Source: Anaerolineae bacterium (GTDB taxonomy: Bacteria; Chloroflexota; Anaerolineae; Aggregatilineales; J027). From it: a DNA stretch of 64,000 bases. The DNA lies in assembly GCA_021463865.1 (NCBI GenBank), contig JAJTXY010000004.1, positions 162,858-226,857 on the forward strand. The letters run 5' to 3'. Below, piece by piece: positions 27,020 through 36,121 of the stretch; position 1 is the first letter of the stretch; each line of letters opens with the position of its first letter. The notes beneath the pieces were generated by a model. That model was not told where the DNA came from and made no database searches. It saw only the letters and a program-made list of their open reading frames with translations. The position numbers and the translations under genes were made by a program.

Positions 27020-28780
27020 TTACTCACGCACGGCCAATTTCGCGGCCATGTCAATAGAATAGGCGATCCAGTGCTGTCCACCGAAGAGACCATCCGTCTC
27101 AAACGGGCCAGTGTACCATGGCTTGAACAGCAAATAATCCGAACGTAGATACAGCGGAGCCATCGGGAATTCGCCATCTGCGCCGAAGAACCCCTCTTCG
27201 ATTTCGGCATACAGTTGGTCACGTACACCGGGATCGCTGACTGTTGCAGCCTCCGCAATGAGGTCATCCACTTCGGTGCAAGGCCGTTTCATACGATTCG
27301 CAACCGTGCAGGCCAATACGTCACCCACCCAGTTGTTGGCATCGCCATAATCCGGCCCCCACAACAACGTCCATGCGTTGGGGCGATCTTCGGTTGGGGT
27401 ATCGGAATCGGTGATTTCGAGCAGCACGGAGAATTCGAGTTGTTCGATGGTGAATAGGGTCGGGTCGCAGCCGAGATATTCTTCAGCCGAGGTCGCCCAA
27501 AATTCACCCCAGTCCCCTGCCGTCGTATAGGTTACGATGTTGATGTCAGGGAAACCTTCGCAGTCAGGATAACCTGCTGCTTCTAGTTCAGCGGCGGCAT
27601 ATTCAGGGTCAAAACCGACTCCCACTTCATTGATCGGGGCGGCATGAGCCATACCGGGGGGTGTGAAGTGGATCATCGGCACCCCGCGCCCTTCCTGCAC
27701 CTGATCAATAAACGCTTGCCGATCAATGATGGCACTGAACGCACGACGGGCATGGACATCATCAAACGGGGCTTTGTCGTGGGCAAACCCAAAATACGAC
27801 ACGGCGAGGTCAAATATCTGGCGCACTTCGTTTTGATACTGCGGGTCAGACACCACCCCCTGCAATTCGGCGTCGGGGATGTTGGTCGCGTCGAGTTGAT
27901 TATCCAGATACAGCGCGAACTGGGTGCCGAGGTCTTCAATCAACAGGGTGTTCACCACATCAATGTTGCCAGACCCCTGCAAATCGGCGGGTAGGGCTTC
28001 ATTGCGGACAAACACGCGGCGTACCCCACGAGTCACTTCTTGGACAAAATAGGGGCCGTTGGTGATGATATTGCCCGGTTGCGTCCATTCGTCACCATAG
28101 TCTTCAATCGCCTCACGCGGGGTTGGGCGCAGCACCCACATCTGGGTCATCGAGAGGAAATAACCCGCCGGAAATGCCAACGTAATCACCAGCGTCGAAT
28201 CATCCGGCGCGGATACTTGGGTGGTGTCTCCATACACCAAATCATCCGTTACTTGGTCAACTGGGCTTTGGTTGACCACACTGCAACCCGCGATGACACC
28301 AGCAACCACCGTGCCATAATAGCTGGCAAGGCGGGGGTCACAGGCGCGTTTGATGCCAAACACAAAATCGCCTGCTACAACCGGACGAATGACGGTGGCG
28401 GTGTCAGCGGTGGGATCATACTGCATCCAATTGACATCGGTACGCAGATTAAACGTCCATGTCAGGCCATCTTCACTCACCGTCCATGAGGTCGCCAATT
28501 CCGGCACAATCTGATTGGTGATGGGGTCGGAATCAGTCAGGCCCAAAAACAGATTTTCGACAGACGTAATCGAAATCTGATCTGACCCAATGGCGGGGTC
28601 AAGCGTACTGACTTCGCTGGTCGAGGCTGTATCGCGTTGCACGGGGACGTCTTGGCGATATTGGGCCGTGACGGTGATAGTGCTGTCTTCGGCGGCCACC
28701 AAACCAACCGGAATGAAGGACACCAAGAGGGTTAGCAGCACAGCCATAACCGTGCCTGCTCGCAAGGTGTTTTTAGACAT
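27020..28780 (-). CDS. Extracellular solute-binding protein, family 5, paralogue 5 of 6 (more divergent)
   Basis: Full-length paralogue with an RBS (AAGGAG) and a signal peptide ending ..GLVAAEDS. Confidence 0.85.
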   Translation of the reverse strand: MSKNTLRAGTVMAVLLTLLVSFIPVGLVAAEDSTITVTAQYRQDVPVQRDTASTSEVSTLDPAIGSDQISITSVENLFLGLTDSDPITNQIVPELATSWTVSEDGLTWTFNLRTDVNWMQYDPTADTATVIRPVVAGDFVFGIKRACDPRLASYYGTVVAGVIAGCSVVNQSPVDQVTDDLVYGDTTQVSAPDDSTLVITLAFPAGYFLSMTQMWVLRPTPREAIEDYGDEWTQPGNIITNGPYFVQEVTRGVRRVFVRNEALPADLQGSGNIDVVNTLLIEDLGTQFALYLDNQLDATNIPDAELQGVVSDPQYQNEVRQIFDLAVSYFGFAHDKAPFDDVHARRAFSAIIDRQAFIDQVQEGRGVPMIHFTPPGMAHAAPINEVGVGFDPEYAAAELEAAGYPDCEGFPDINIVTYTTAGDWGEFWATSAEEYLGCDPTLFTIEQLEFSVLLEITDSDTPTEDRPNAWTLLWGPDYGDANNWVGDVLACTVANRMKRPCTEVDDLIAEAATVSDPGVRDQLYAEIEEGFFGADGEFPMAPLYLRSDYLLFKPWYTGPFETDGLFGGQHWIAYSIDMAAKLAVRE

Positions 28781-28883
28781 CTAGGAACTCCTTTTTGAAT
28801 CGAAATGATGTAATTAGGCTACCAAGTGGCGGGTCAGGCCGACCTATAACGACACCCCCTCCTTATCGTTCGTGTTCCGTGTG

Positions 28884-28924
28884 AAAAAATAGGCAACCTA
28901 CACTGGGAACAAATGTAGGCTGCT
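28884..28924 (-). terminator. Rho-independent terminator ~215 nt downstream of SBP6
   Basis: On the minus strand, GCAGCCTACA-TTTGTTCCCAG-TGTAGGTTGC is followed by CTATTTTTT. Confidence 0.7.
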
Positions 28925-29139
28925 GACCAATGACGAGTAGCGTGCTTTCGGATGGCTGATGCAACTCCAACGAAGTGTTTCGTCTACTCACTCTATTTAC
29001 ACCGAAAAATGGAAGGGTGTTCGATTCTAAGAGGGGATTCACCAAAATACTAATTCTTTGAACCTATCCTGCTACATGGGGCTATTGTTAATTCCCCTCC
29101 CACCCGACGGTTGGGGCAAGAGGGGAAAAGAAGATTGGG

Positions 29140-30900
29140 TTATCCCCCTCCTCGTGCCGCCAATTTTGCAGGCATATCAATCATTTGGGCGTTCCAATGT
29201 GTCCCACCAAACAAGGCATCGGTCTCAAAGGGTGCGGTGTACCATGCCTTAATCAAGACAAAATCGGAGCGAAGGAATAGCGGCGCGATGGGATATTCAC
29301 CCCGCACCCCAAAAAACCCCTCCTCAATTTCGGCATACAACAGCGTTCGTACTTCTGGGTCATTAGAGCGGGCCGCTGCGTCCATCAAATCATCTATACT
29401 ACTGCACTGCCGCCGAAACCGATTCAGTGTCGTACACGACAGCACATCTGTCAGCCAGCTATGCGCATCGCCATAACCCGGCCCCCACCCCAACGTAAAC
29501 ATATTGGGACGTTCATCACCGTAGACATCCGGCGCGATGGCTTCCAATAGCACCGAAAATTCAAACTGCTCAATTGTGAATAGGGTCGGGTCACACCCCA
29601 AGTATTCCTCGGCGGAGGACACCAAAAATTCGGCCCATGTGCCTGCTCCAGTATAGGTCGCAATGGTGATATTCGGCAGCCCTTCACAGTTACTATACCC
29701 CCCTCGGGCCAGTTGATCTTTCGCAAATTCCGGGTCGAAACCCACCCCGATTTCATTGATGGGCGGTGCATAGGCAATCCCCGTCGGCGTGAAATGGATC
29801 ATGGGGATGCCACGTCCGCCGCGCACCTGATTGATAAAGGCTTGGCGGTCAATGATAGCACTAAACGCCCGCCGCACCTGCACATTGTCAAACGGGGGCT
29901 TGTCTTGGATGAATCCAAAATAGAACACCGATAGATCAAATACCTGCCGCACTTCGCCTTCAAAGTCAGGACTCGCCAAGACATTTTGCAATTCCGCCGG
30001 GGGTATGGCCGCCGCATCAATCTTGTTATCAATATAGAGCGCAAACGACGTGCCTTGATCTTCAATGACAAGCTGCACCACGCGCTCCAAATTGCTGCGA
30101 TACCCAAACAAATCATTCGGCAGGGCATCGTTTCGCACAAACACCCGCTGCAAGCCGCGTGTCAGTTCTTGGATAAAAAACGGCCCATTCGTGACAATAT
30201 TGCCGGGGGCCGTCCATTCATCCCCATAATCTTGGATCACTTCCGCCGGGACAGGTCGCAGCATCCACATCGGGGTCATCGCAAAGAAAAACGCCGCCGG
30301 AAATTGTAGGGTTACTTCGAGGGTCTGCTCGTCAAGTGCCTGCACCTTAATCGTATCGCCATACACTAAATCATCTGTTAGCCCATTGGCAGGCGTCTGA
30401 TTGATGATGTCGCATCCTGAAATGACCTTCGCGGCTACCGTCCCATAATATCCACCGAGGCGCGGGTCACAGGTTCGTTTGATGCCATATACAAAATCAC
30501 CCGCCACGACTGGGCGCACTACCCCGGCGGTTTCACTGGCAGGGTCATAACGCATCCAGTTGACATCCGAGCGCAACTGAAATGTCCACACCGTCCCGTC
30601 GTCACTCACGACCCATGACTTGGCAAGTTCTGGCACAACCTCATTGGTAAACGGGTCAACATCGGTCAGACCCAAAAATAAATTCTCAATCGGCGTGAGC
30701 GACACCGTATCGGAGGCCAACGCCGGGTCAAGCGTGCTGATTTCCGAACTCACCGCCGCATCCAACGTTACCGGAGTATCGGCTTGATATAACGCCACAA
30801 TCGTGACTCCACTATCCTCAGCCCGACTTACCCCCCTCGGCCCGCCGAACCCAATGACGATTAAGCCTACTAATCCCATCATCCATAGTCGCCGTCGCAT
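29140..30900 (-). CDS. Extracellular solute-binding protein, family 5, paralogue 6 of 6 (most divergent)
   Basis: Full-length paralogue with an Arg-rich N-terminus, MRRRLWMMGLVGLIVIGFGG. It has the same six conserved Cys positions as the other copies. Confidence 0.85.
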   Translation of the reverse strand: MRRRLWMMGLVGLIVIGFGGPRGVSRAEDSGVTIVALYQADTPVTLDAAVSSEISTLDPALASDTVSLTPIENLFLGLTDVDPFTNEVVPELAKSWVVSDDGTVWTFQLRSDVNWMRYDPASETAGVVRPVVAGDFVYGIKRTCDPRLGGYYGTVAAKVISGCDIINQTPANGLTDDLVYGDTIKVQALDEQTLEVTLQFPAAFFFAMTPMWMLRPVPAEVIQDYGDEWTAPGNIVTNGPFFIQELTRGLQRVFVRNDALPNDLFGYRSNLERVVQLVIEDQGTSFALYIDNKIDAAAIPPAELQNVLASPDFEGEVRQVFDLSVFYFGFIQDKPPFDNVQVRRAFSAIIDRQAFINQVRGGRGIPMIHFTPTGIAYAPPINEIGVGFDPEFAKDQLARGGYSNCEGLPNITIATYTGAGTWAEFLVSSAEEYLGCDPTLFTIEQFEFSVLLEAIAPDVYGDERPNMFTLGWGPGYGDAHSWLTDVLSCTTLNRFRRQCSSIDDLMDAAARSNDPEVRTLLYAEIEEGFFGVRGEYPIAPLFLRSDFVLIKAWYTAPFETDALFGGTHWNAQMIDMPAKLAARGGG

Positions 30901-30952
30901 AACCTTGCCCCTTTATTTCTACAATGCCTCTCATAATTGTACGAATTGGTGT

Positions 30953-30985
30953 ACAAAATAAAATACCCGCTGAGGGTGCAGCGGG
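30953..30985 (-). terminator. Rho-independent terminator separating the membrane-protein gene from SBP6
   Basis: On the minus strand, CCCGCTG-CACCCT-CAGCGGG is followed by TATTTTATTTTGT. Confidence 0.75.
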
Positions 30986-31016
30986 CTGAATATTGGTCAG
31001 ATTTAATCTTTTTTGA

Positions 31017-32108
31017 CTAGGCCGTTGGTTGGCTTGAATTGCGGACGGGCGTATCGGCGGGTGGATAGCTACCAAAAAGGCTTCGCAGCGCTACCTGTGA
31101 AACAAAGGCGACCATCGCCGCCGTCATCACCGGCCCAATCCACAACAGCAGCCAAAATACATAGCGCGGCATGGTGATACTCAAGCGCCAAATTTCCACC
31201 GTCCAATTTCGATAATTCGGCAGCAGCAAATGTAAAGCGTGCCCCTTGCCCAACTCTGGCTCATACATCGTCAGCACTTGATAAATCATGACCAACACTA
31301 ACAAGTGGATCATCACACCAGCCGCCGAACTATAGATGATGTCTGGCTGTAATCGCTGCCAATATTTGCGACCAAACCGGATACCGACCCACGCCGCCAC
31401 CAGCATATTGGCAAAGGGATTCACCAGCGAATCAATGTACAAAATACCCGCCGTTCGCCCGCCTGTCGCTTCGACACCGGGGGCAAGATCAATATCGCGG
31501 ATATTCAAAATTGCCAAGCGCAGAAACAGTAGGGTCATGGGCAACAGTGCCGCCACGACCACCGTTGCTCCATCCATTTTGGGTTTTGGCAGCAGGGTCG
31601 AAAATGTACCGCTAGAAGTGAAACTCCCCGTCACCACCGCCAATCCGACCATCAACGCCCCTAACACCATGACCATGATAAAAAAGGCCGGATACGTCGG
31701 CAGTGCTTTAAGATAGAAAATATCGAGGATTTCAGTAAAGGCCTCGTGCCCAACATCGGGGAAATAACCAATCAGGATCATCCGCATCCCGACGGCAATC
31801 TCATAACCCAATACTGCGCTCCAGACGGTTGAGGCGTGATACCCCGGGCGGTCTTGCCATAATAGTCCGCAGATAAAAGCGCTGATATAGCCGCCAGCCC
31901 AGATGCCCAGAACCAACCAAATGGCCTCGCGCATATTGTCGGGCAAATTGACAATACCATAGCCGGGGAAAAAATCATTCAGCCGCTCTAGTGCCACTCC
32001 ATTGAGTAGGGTGGCAATGCCGAAGGTAATCCATGCTGTAAAGGTCAGTACCCACAAATCAAGCCGAAACAATCGGGAGGATAGAGATGTTTTGGATTCA
32101 GTTGTCAA
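31017..32108 (-). CDS. Polytopic integral membrane protein, unknown family
   Basis: 363 aa with about 9 hydrophobic helices and no transporter signature I recognise. It begins 30 nt after the upstream receiver gene. Confidence 0.6.
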   Translation of the reverse strand: MTTESKTSLSSRLFRLDLWVLTFTAWITFGIATLLNGVALERLNDFFPGYGIVNLPDNMREAIWLVLGIWAGGYISAFICGLLWQDRPGYHASTVWSAVLGYEIAVGMRMILIGYFPDVGHEAFTEILDIFYLKALPTYPAFFIMVMVLGALMVGLAVVTGSFTSSGTFSTLLPKPKMDGATVVVAALLPMTLLFLRLAILNIRDIDLAPGVEATGGRTAGILYIDSLVNPFANMLVAAWVGIRFGRKYWQRLQPDIIYSSAAGVMIHLLVLVMIYQVLTMYEPELGKGHALHLLLPNYRNWTVEIWRLSITMPRYVFWLLLWIGPVMTAAMVAFVSQVALRSLFGSYPPADTPVRNSSQPTA

Positions 32109-32138
32109 ACGTCGTTCTCAATTCATGATGTAGGCAGT

Positions 32139-32630
32139 TTAGGCCGGAGGTGTTTTCTTTTCTTGCCGAATCTTAACTTCGGCTTTTGCCTCTGCTGCTG
32201 CTTCAGCCTTTTCTTTAGCAGCAATCTCCTGACGTTTATTTACCACCTCGTCCAAGATTTTGCGCAGTTCTGGCATGGCAGGCAGGGGTTTATACATCAA
32301 CTTATCGGCCTGTGCTTGCGTAATGGCTTCACGCTCGTCATCCGGCGACAGACGATAGGCCGTAATCAAAACAATCGCCACATTTCTAAGGATCGGGCTT
32401 TTGCGCAGACGGCTGCCGACTTCTGGCCCACTGGCTTCTGGCAAACGAATATCCAAAATCGCCAGTTCAGGCAGTTCGCCATGTACACGACCTTGATCTA
32501 CCGCATCAATCCACGAGATTGCTTCGGCTCCATCTACAAATGCAACGCCCTCAATGCCCCATAATTCAAACATTGCAAGGAGGACATCATAAATATCCGG
32601 TTCGTCCTCAACCACCATCCACGTTCGCAA
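32139..32630 (-). CDS. Stand-alone response-regulator receiver (CheY-like) with a Lys/Glu/Ala-rich tail
   Basis: TTG start (TTG CGA ACG TGG ATG; RBS AAGGGGAG). REC motifs are VVEDE, AILDIRLP, ITAY and YKPL. There is no output domain. Confidence 0.8.
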   Translation of the reverse strand: MRTWMVVEDEPDIYDVLLAMFELWGIEGVAFVDGAEAISWIDAVDQGRVHGELPELAILDIRLPEASGPEVGSRLRKSPILRNVAIVLITAYRLSPDDEREAITQAQADKLMYKPLPAMPELRKILDEVVNKRQEIAAKEKAEAAAEAKAEVKIRQEKKTPPA

Positions 32631-32728
32631 TGTTCACAACTCCCCTTATGAATTTTTAGGAAATTTTGCTTAAATCATACCATCAGCGATGTTCTCAGCA
32701 AGTGTCACCGTTTGAGACTGGTTAGAAC

Positions 32729-33997
32729 TTATGCCGCTTCATCATACTTCGCAACCGGAAACGCCATAATAAAGGTCGTTCCTTGGCCGGGCATACTGGC
32801 AACACTTAATGTCCCGCCATGTGCCTCAGTGACCGCTTTAGCAACAAACAATCCCTGTCCCAAGCCGCGTGGATCAATCACTTTACCATCGGGAGTACGC
32901 GCCTCCCCACGATAAAAGCGGTCAAAAATGTGAGGTAAATCGTGGTGGGAAATCCCAACACCCGTATCCTCGACTTTGACCAACACATAACCATCACGCA
33001 CTGCCCCAACCTTGACGACAATCTCACCACCGGGCAGGGTATATTTAATTGCGTTATCAATCAAATGCCCCAATGCCCATAGCAGTCGTTTTTCATCACC
33101 CAAAATCAAGGCACTTTCCGGATGTGTCACCATCACTGTGACCTGTAAATCCGCTTTTTTCAATCGCTGGTCAAGTCCTTGCAGCACATTAAACACCTGA
33201 TTGGGCAGTTGCACCAATTCACGCCGTACCGCAAAACTTTCCCCGCCAATTTCGGATAGGTCAAGCAGTTCAACCACCATTCTATCCATTATGGCAACAT
33301 TCCGCCCTATCGCCTCCAAAAATTTACGATTTGGGGGTTTGCCTTCTGGCAAATTGAGCATGACATCGCTCATGCCCTTTATGGCCGTCAGGGGCGTTCG
33401 CAGTTCGTGGGACATCTGCGTCACGAATGAATCTTTGAGTCGTTCAGCAAGGGCATCCGAGGTCACGTCACGCAAAACCATAACCGTGCCGAGGAATTCA
33501 CCCGACTCGGAAAACACCCGTGCAAGGCGCACTCCCAGCAGTCGATCATTGACCTGAACCCGCTGGGGATCGCCCAATGGCTCGACCTGTCCAGCAAAGG
33601 TGGTATCGCGCTCGAACGTCACGTACTCTTTAAACAACTGACCGAGTGGGCTATCCCAAAAATGGCGTGTGCTGCCAATCATATCGCGGGCAGCTTCATT
33701 CATCAGCACAATTCGTCCATCCGGGCTTTGCATCACCACGCCTTCATCCAGCGTCGCTAAAACCCCGGTCAGCCGTGCTAATTCGATATTTTGGGTTTTG
33801 ACCCGCTGCTGAACCGCATGAAGATGGGCCTGTGCGCCACGCAAGGCATCGGGGTCAACCAAAATCTTGTGCCGATGGCTCAAGTTCAGATACAACCGCT
33901 TAAAAAATGTATCCGTCACGCTGGCAAGATCACTCACCACCCGCATAAAACCGCGCAGTTCTTGAGCACCAGCGTCAGGGGTTGTCTGGTTTGACAA
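32729..33997 (-). CDS. Soluble PAS-domain sensor histidine kinase
   Basis: TTG start with an AAGGAG RBS and no TM helix. The PAS-like segment reads LDEGVVMQSPDGRIVLMNEAARDMIG. The H-box is FVTQMSHELRTPLTAIKG. The N, G1 and G2 boxes are DNAIKY, EDTGVGI and GLGQGL. Confidence 0.88.
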   Translation of the reverse strand: MSNQTTPDAGAQELRGFMRVVSDLASVTDTFFKRLYLNLSHRHKILVDPDALRGAQAHLHAVQQRVKTQNIELARLTGVLATLDEGVVMQSPDGRIVLMNEAARDMIGSTRHFWDSPLGQLFKEYVTFERDTTFAGQVEPLGDPQRVQVNDRLLGVRLARVFSESGEFLGTVMVLRDVTSDALAERLKDSFVTQMSHELRTPLTAIKGMSDVMLNLPEGKPPNRKFLEAIGRNVAIMDRMVVELLDLSEIGGESFAVRRELVQLPNQVFNVLQGLDQRLKKADLQVTVMVTHPESALILGDEKRLLWALGHLIDNAIKYTLPGGEIVVKVGAVRDGYVLVKVEDTGVGISHHDLPHIFDRFYRGEARTPDGKVIDPRGLGQGLFVAKAVTEAHGGTLSVASMPGQGTTFIMAFPVAKYDEAA

Positions 33998-34029
33998 CAG
34001 CCACTCCTTTCGGGAGGTCGTTCACACCA

Positions 34030-34455
34030 CTACGATGAAGGTTGTGGCGGTTCATACTTCTTTTCTAGCACTTCCGTGATGATCTTATGAAACCGATCAA
34101 AATCTGGCAGCGGCTTAAAGATAATCCGATTCACGCCATCATTCGTCCGCATTTCATCTTGTTGGCCTTCGGAAAGCTGAAAGGCGGTCATTAGGATAAT
34201 GGGGATTTTGCCCAGCTTTTCAGACTTCCGCATCCGTTGAGCAATCTCATTACCATTGGGTCCCGGCATACGGATGTCACTAAGCAGGAACTCCGGTAGA
34301 TCACCCCCAAAGGTGCCATTATCCACACTGTCAATGAATGCAACCGCATCTCGACCATTCGAGAATTCTAGGACTTTATGCCCCCAAACCTGAAACATCA
34401 CTTTCACAACGTTTCGGATGTCCATTTCATCTTCCACCAACATCCACGTAGACAA
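34030..34455 (-). CDS. Stand-alone response-regulator receiver, paralogue of 32139-32630
   Basis: By paralogy the start is TTG 34455 (TTG TCT ACG TGG ATG = MSTWM), 6 nt after AGGAGG. The ORF-track start at 34554 adds 33 unsupported residues. REC motifs are LVEDE, LLSDIRMP, MTAF and FKPL. Confidence 0.75.
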   Translation of the reverse strand: MSTWMLVEDEMDIRNVVKVMFQVWGHKVLEFSNGRDAVAFIDSVDNGTFGGDLPEFLLSDIRMPGPNGNEIAQRMRKSEKLGKIPIILMTAFQLSEGQQDEMRTNDGVNRIIFKPLPDFDRFHKIITEVLEKKYEPPQPSS

Positions 34456-34834
34456 TCGCGCCCTCCTGAAAAAATCGCAATGTGCTTCATCAAAGTCGCT
34501 CCCGTACCGAATTTCCATTCTCCCCGTTCTCCGAAAAATGGTAACAGTGAGCAACTATCCTATGCAACTATTCGTTTGATGATTTTGAATACAGTCTGAT
34601 TTCTGTATGCTTTGATTATTTTAATTCAATTTACACCCAAACGTTCCTAAATTTTTACGAAATTCGTCTTTTGTAAAGATCATCCGTATCGAAATGAGGG
34701 TATAAGCCATTCCGCAGAAGTCAGGTCATTTTCTTTTGACGTAACACTCCCCTACCTTTGGGATACTAATTCGATGTTCCGTCCATTGTATCCACTAAAG
34801 ACAGCCACCATACTGAGCCTATTGGAGAGTCTCC

Positions 34835-35467
34835 ATGTTTGAAACTTCAACCCTCATGACGTTTCTAGCCGCAGCCATCGCCATTATCCTTGCACCGGGA
34901 CCCGCCCAAGCGTTGGTTTTTTCGCGCAGCATCAGTGATGGGAAAAAATCGGGCATTATGACGGCGTTTGGCCTCAATGTCGGCACGATCTTTCACTCTA
35001 TCGCAGCAGCACTCGGCCTATCTGCAATCTTGGCGACCTCAGCATTGGCTTTTGAAACTGTGAAATATCTTGGAGCAGCTTATCTGATTTATCTCGGCAT
35101 TCGTGAGTTACGTACCCGAAATTTATCCCGCGCCCAAGAAGCGGTCTCGTCCACCGTAAAACCCGCCCAAGCCTTTACCAAAGCGGTTTTCACTGGCGTT
35201 TTGAACCCAAAGGTGGCCCTGTTTTTTCTGGCTTTCCTGCCCCAGTTTGTGGACCCCCAGCACAGCCCGGTGTTCCTGCAATTCCTTGTACTTGGCTTGA
35301 TCCTTGCCGCACTGGATACGGTGTATGAGTCGGTGTTGGCCGTTTTGGTGGGTAGCCTCAGTGATCGCCTGCTGCATAACACCCGTTTTACTCTATGGCG
35401 GCAGCGCATGACCGGAGGCATTTTGATTGGGTTGGCGGCGCGTCTCGCACTAGTACAGCGGGAATAA
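34835..35467 (+). CDS. LysE/RhtB family amino-acid efflux translocator
   Basis: 210 aa with 6 TM helices. The N-terminal ..LAAAIAIILAPGPAQALVFSRS.. signature is typical of LysE-type translocators. Confidence 0.75.
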   Translation: MFETSTLMTFLAAAIAIILAPGPAQALVFSRSISDGKKSGIMTAFGLNVGTIFHSIAAALGLSAILATSALAFETVKYLGAAYLIYLGIRELRTRNLSRAQEAVSSTVKPAQAFTKAVFTGVLNPKVALFFLAFLPQFVDPQHSPVFLQFLVLGLILAALDTVYESVLAVLVGSLSDRLLHNTRFTLWRQRMTGGILIGLAARLALVQRE

Positions 35468-35554
35468 CGGTGTAGCCAAAATCCACTAATCCCCAAACCC
35501 GCCAGCCATGTTACACTCCCCACCAACCGTATCCAATGAAAGAATGGATGTCAC

Positions 35555-36121
35555 ATGGCAAAAGTGCATGACGAAATTACCCCCTATCTGCGCGAACTGG
35601 TGGAGCAGCAGCATATCTTTTTTGTTGCCACCGCGCCTCTTTCGGGTGAGGGTCACATCAACTTATCGCCCAAAGGATTAGACTGCTTCCGCGTCTTGTC
35701 CCCGCATAAGGTAGGGTATTTGGATTTAACAGGTAGTGGCAATGAAACCTCCGCCCACCTGCTCGAAAATGGTCGTATCACCTTTATGTTCTGCACCTTT
35801 GATGGCCCCCCCAATATCATCCGTTTTTATGGCAAAGGCCGCGCCGTCATCCCCGGCACATCCGAATGGGATGAGCTAATTCCGCACTTCGGGACAAGCC
35901 TCCCCGCCATTCGTCAAATCATTGTGGCCGATATTGACCGCGTGCAGACCTCCTGTGGTCATGGCGTGCCCCTGATGGAATTTGTCGCCGAACGTGATCT
36001 CATCCAGCGTTGGGCCGATACCAAAGGTGAAGACGGCCTTGAAACCTATCGCCGTGCGAAAAACACCCAAAGCATTGACCAGTTACCCACGCCACTTTTT
36101 GCCCAACAGGAAAATGTATGA
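35555..36121 (+). CDS. Pyridoxamine 5'-phosphate oxidase-like (FMN-binding split-barrel) family protein
   Basis: ..QQHIFFVATAPLSGEGHINLSPKG..LDLTGSGNET..NGRITFMFC.. matches the PNPOx-like pattern. Confidence 0.6.
   Translation: MAKVHDEITPYLRELVEQQHIFFVATAPLSGEGHINLSPKGLDCFRVLSPHKVGYLDLTGSGNETSAHLLENGRITFMFCTFDGPPNIIRFYGKGRAVIPGTSEWDELIPHFGTSLPAIRQIIVADIDRVQTSCGHGVPLMEFVAERDLIQRWADTKGEDGLETYRRAKNTQSIDQLPTPLFAQQENV

Noticed and set aside
28990-29045. tRNA-like 3' end on the plus strand (GGGTGTTCGATTCTAAG...GATTCACCA) in the SBP5/SBP6 spacer.
   Set aside because: The sequences flanking the TTCGATT loop are not complementary, so there is no T-stem. No acceptor stem or anticodon arm can be drawn. 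The resemblance is limited to the loop and a chance CACCA.
31336-31716. 126-aa plus-strand ORF within the polytopic membrane-protein gene.
   Set aside because: It is antisense to a long hydrophobic ORF with clear TM periodicity. Its own translation has no features.
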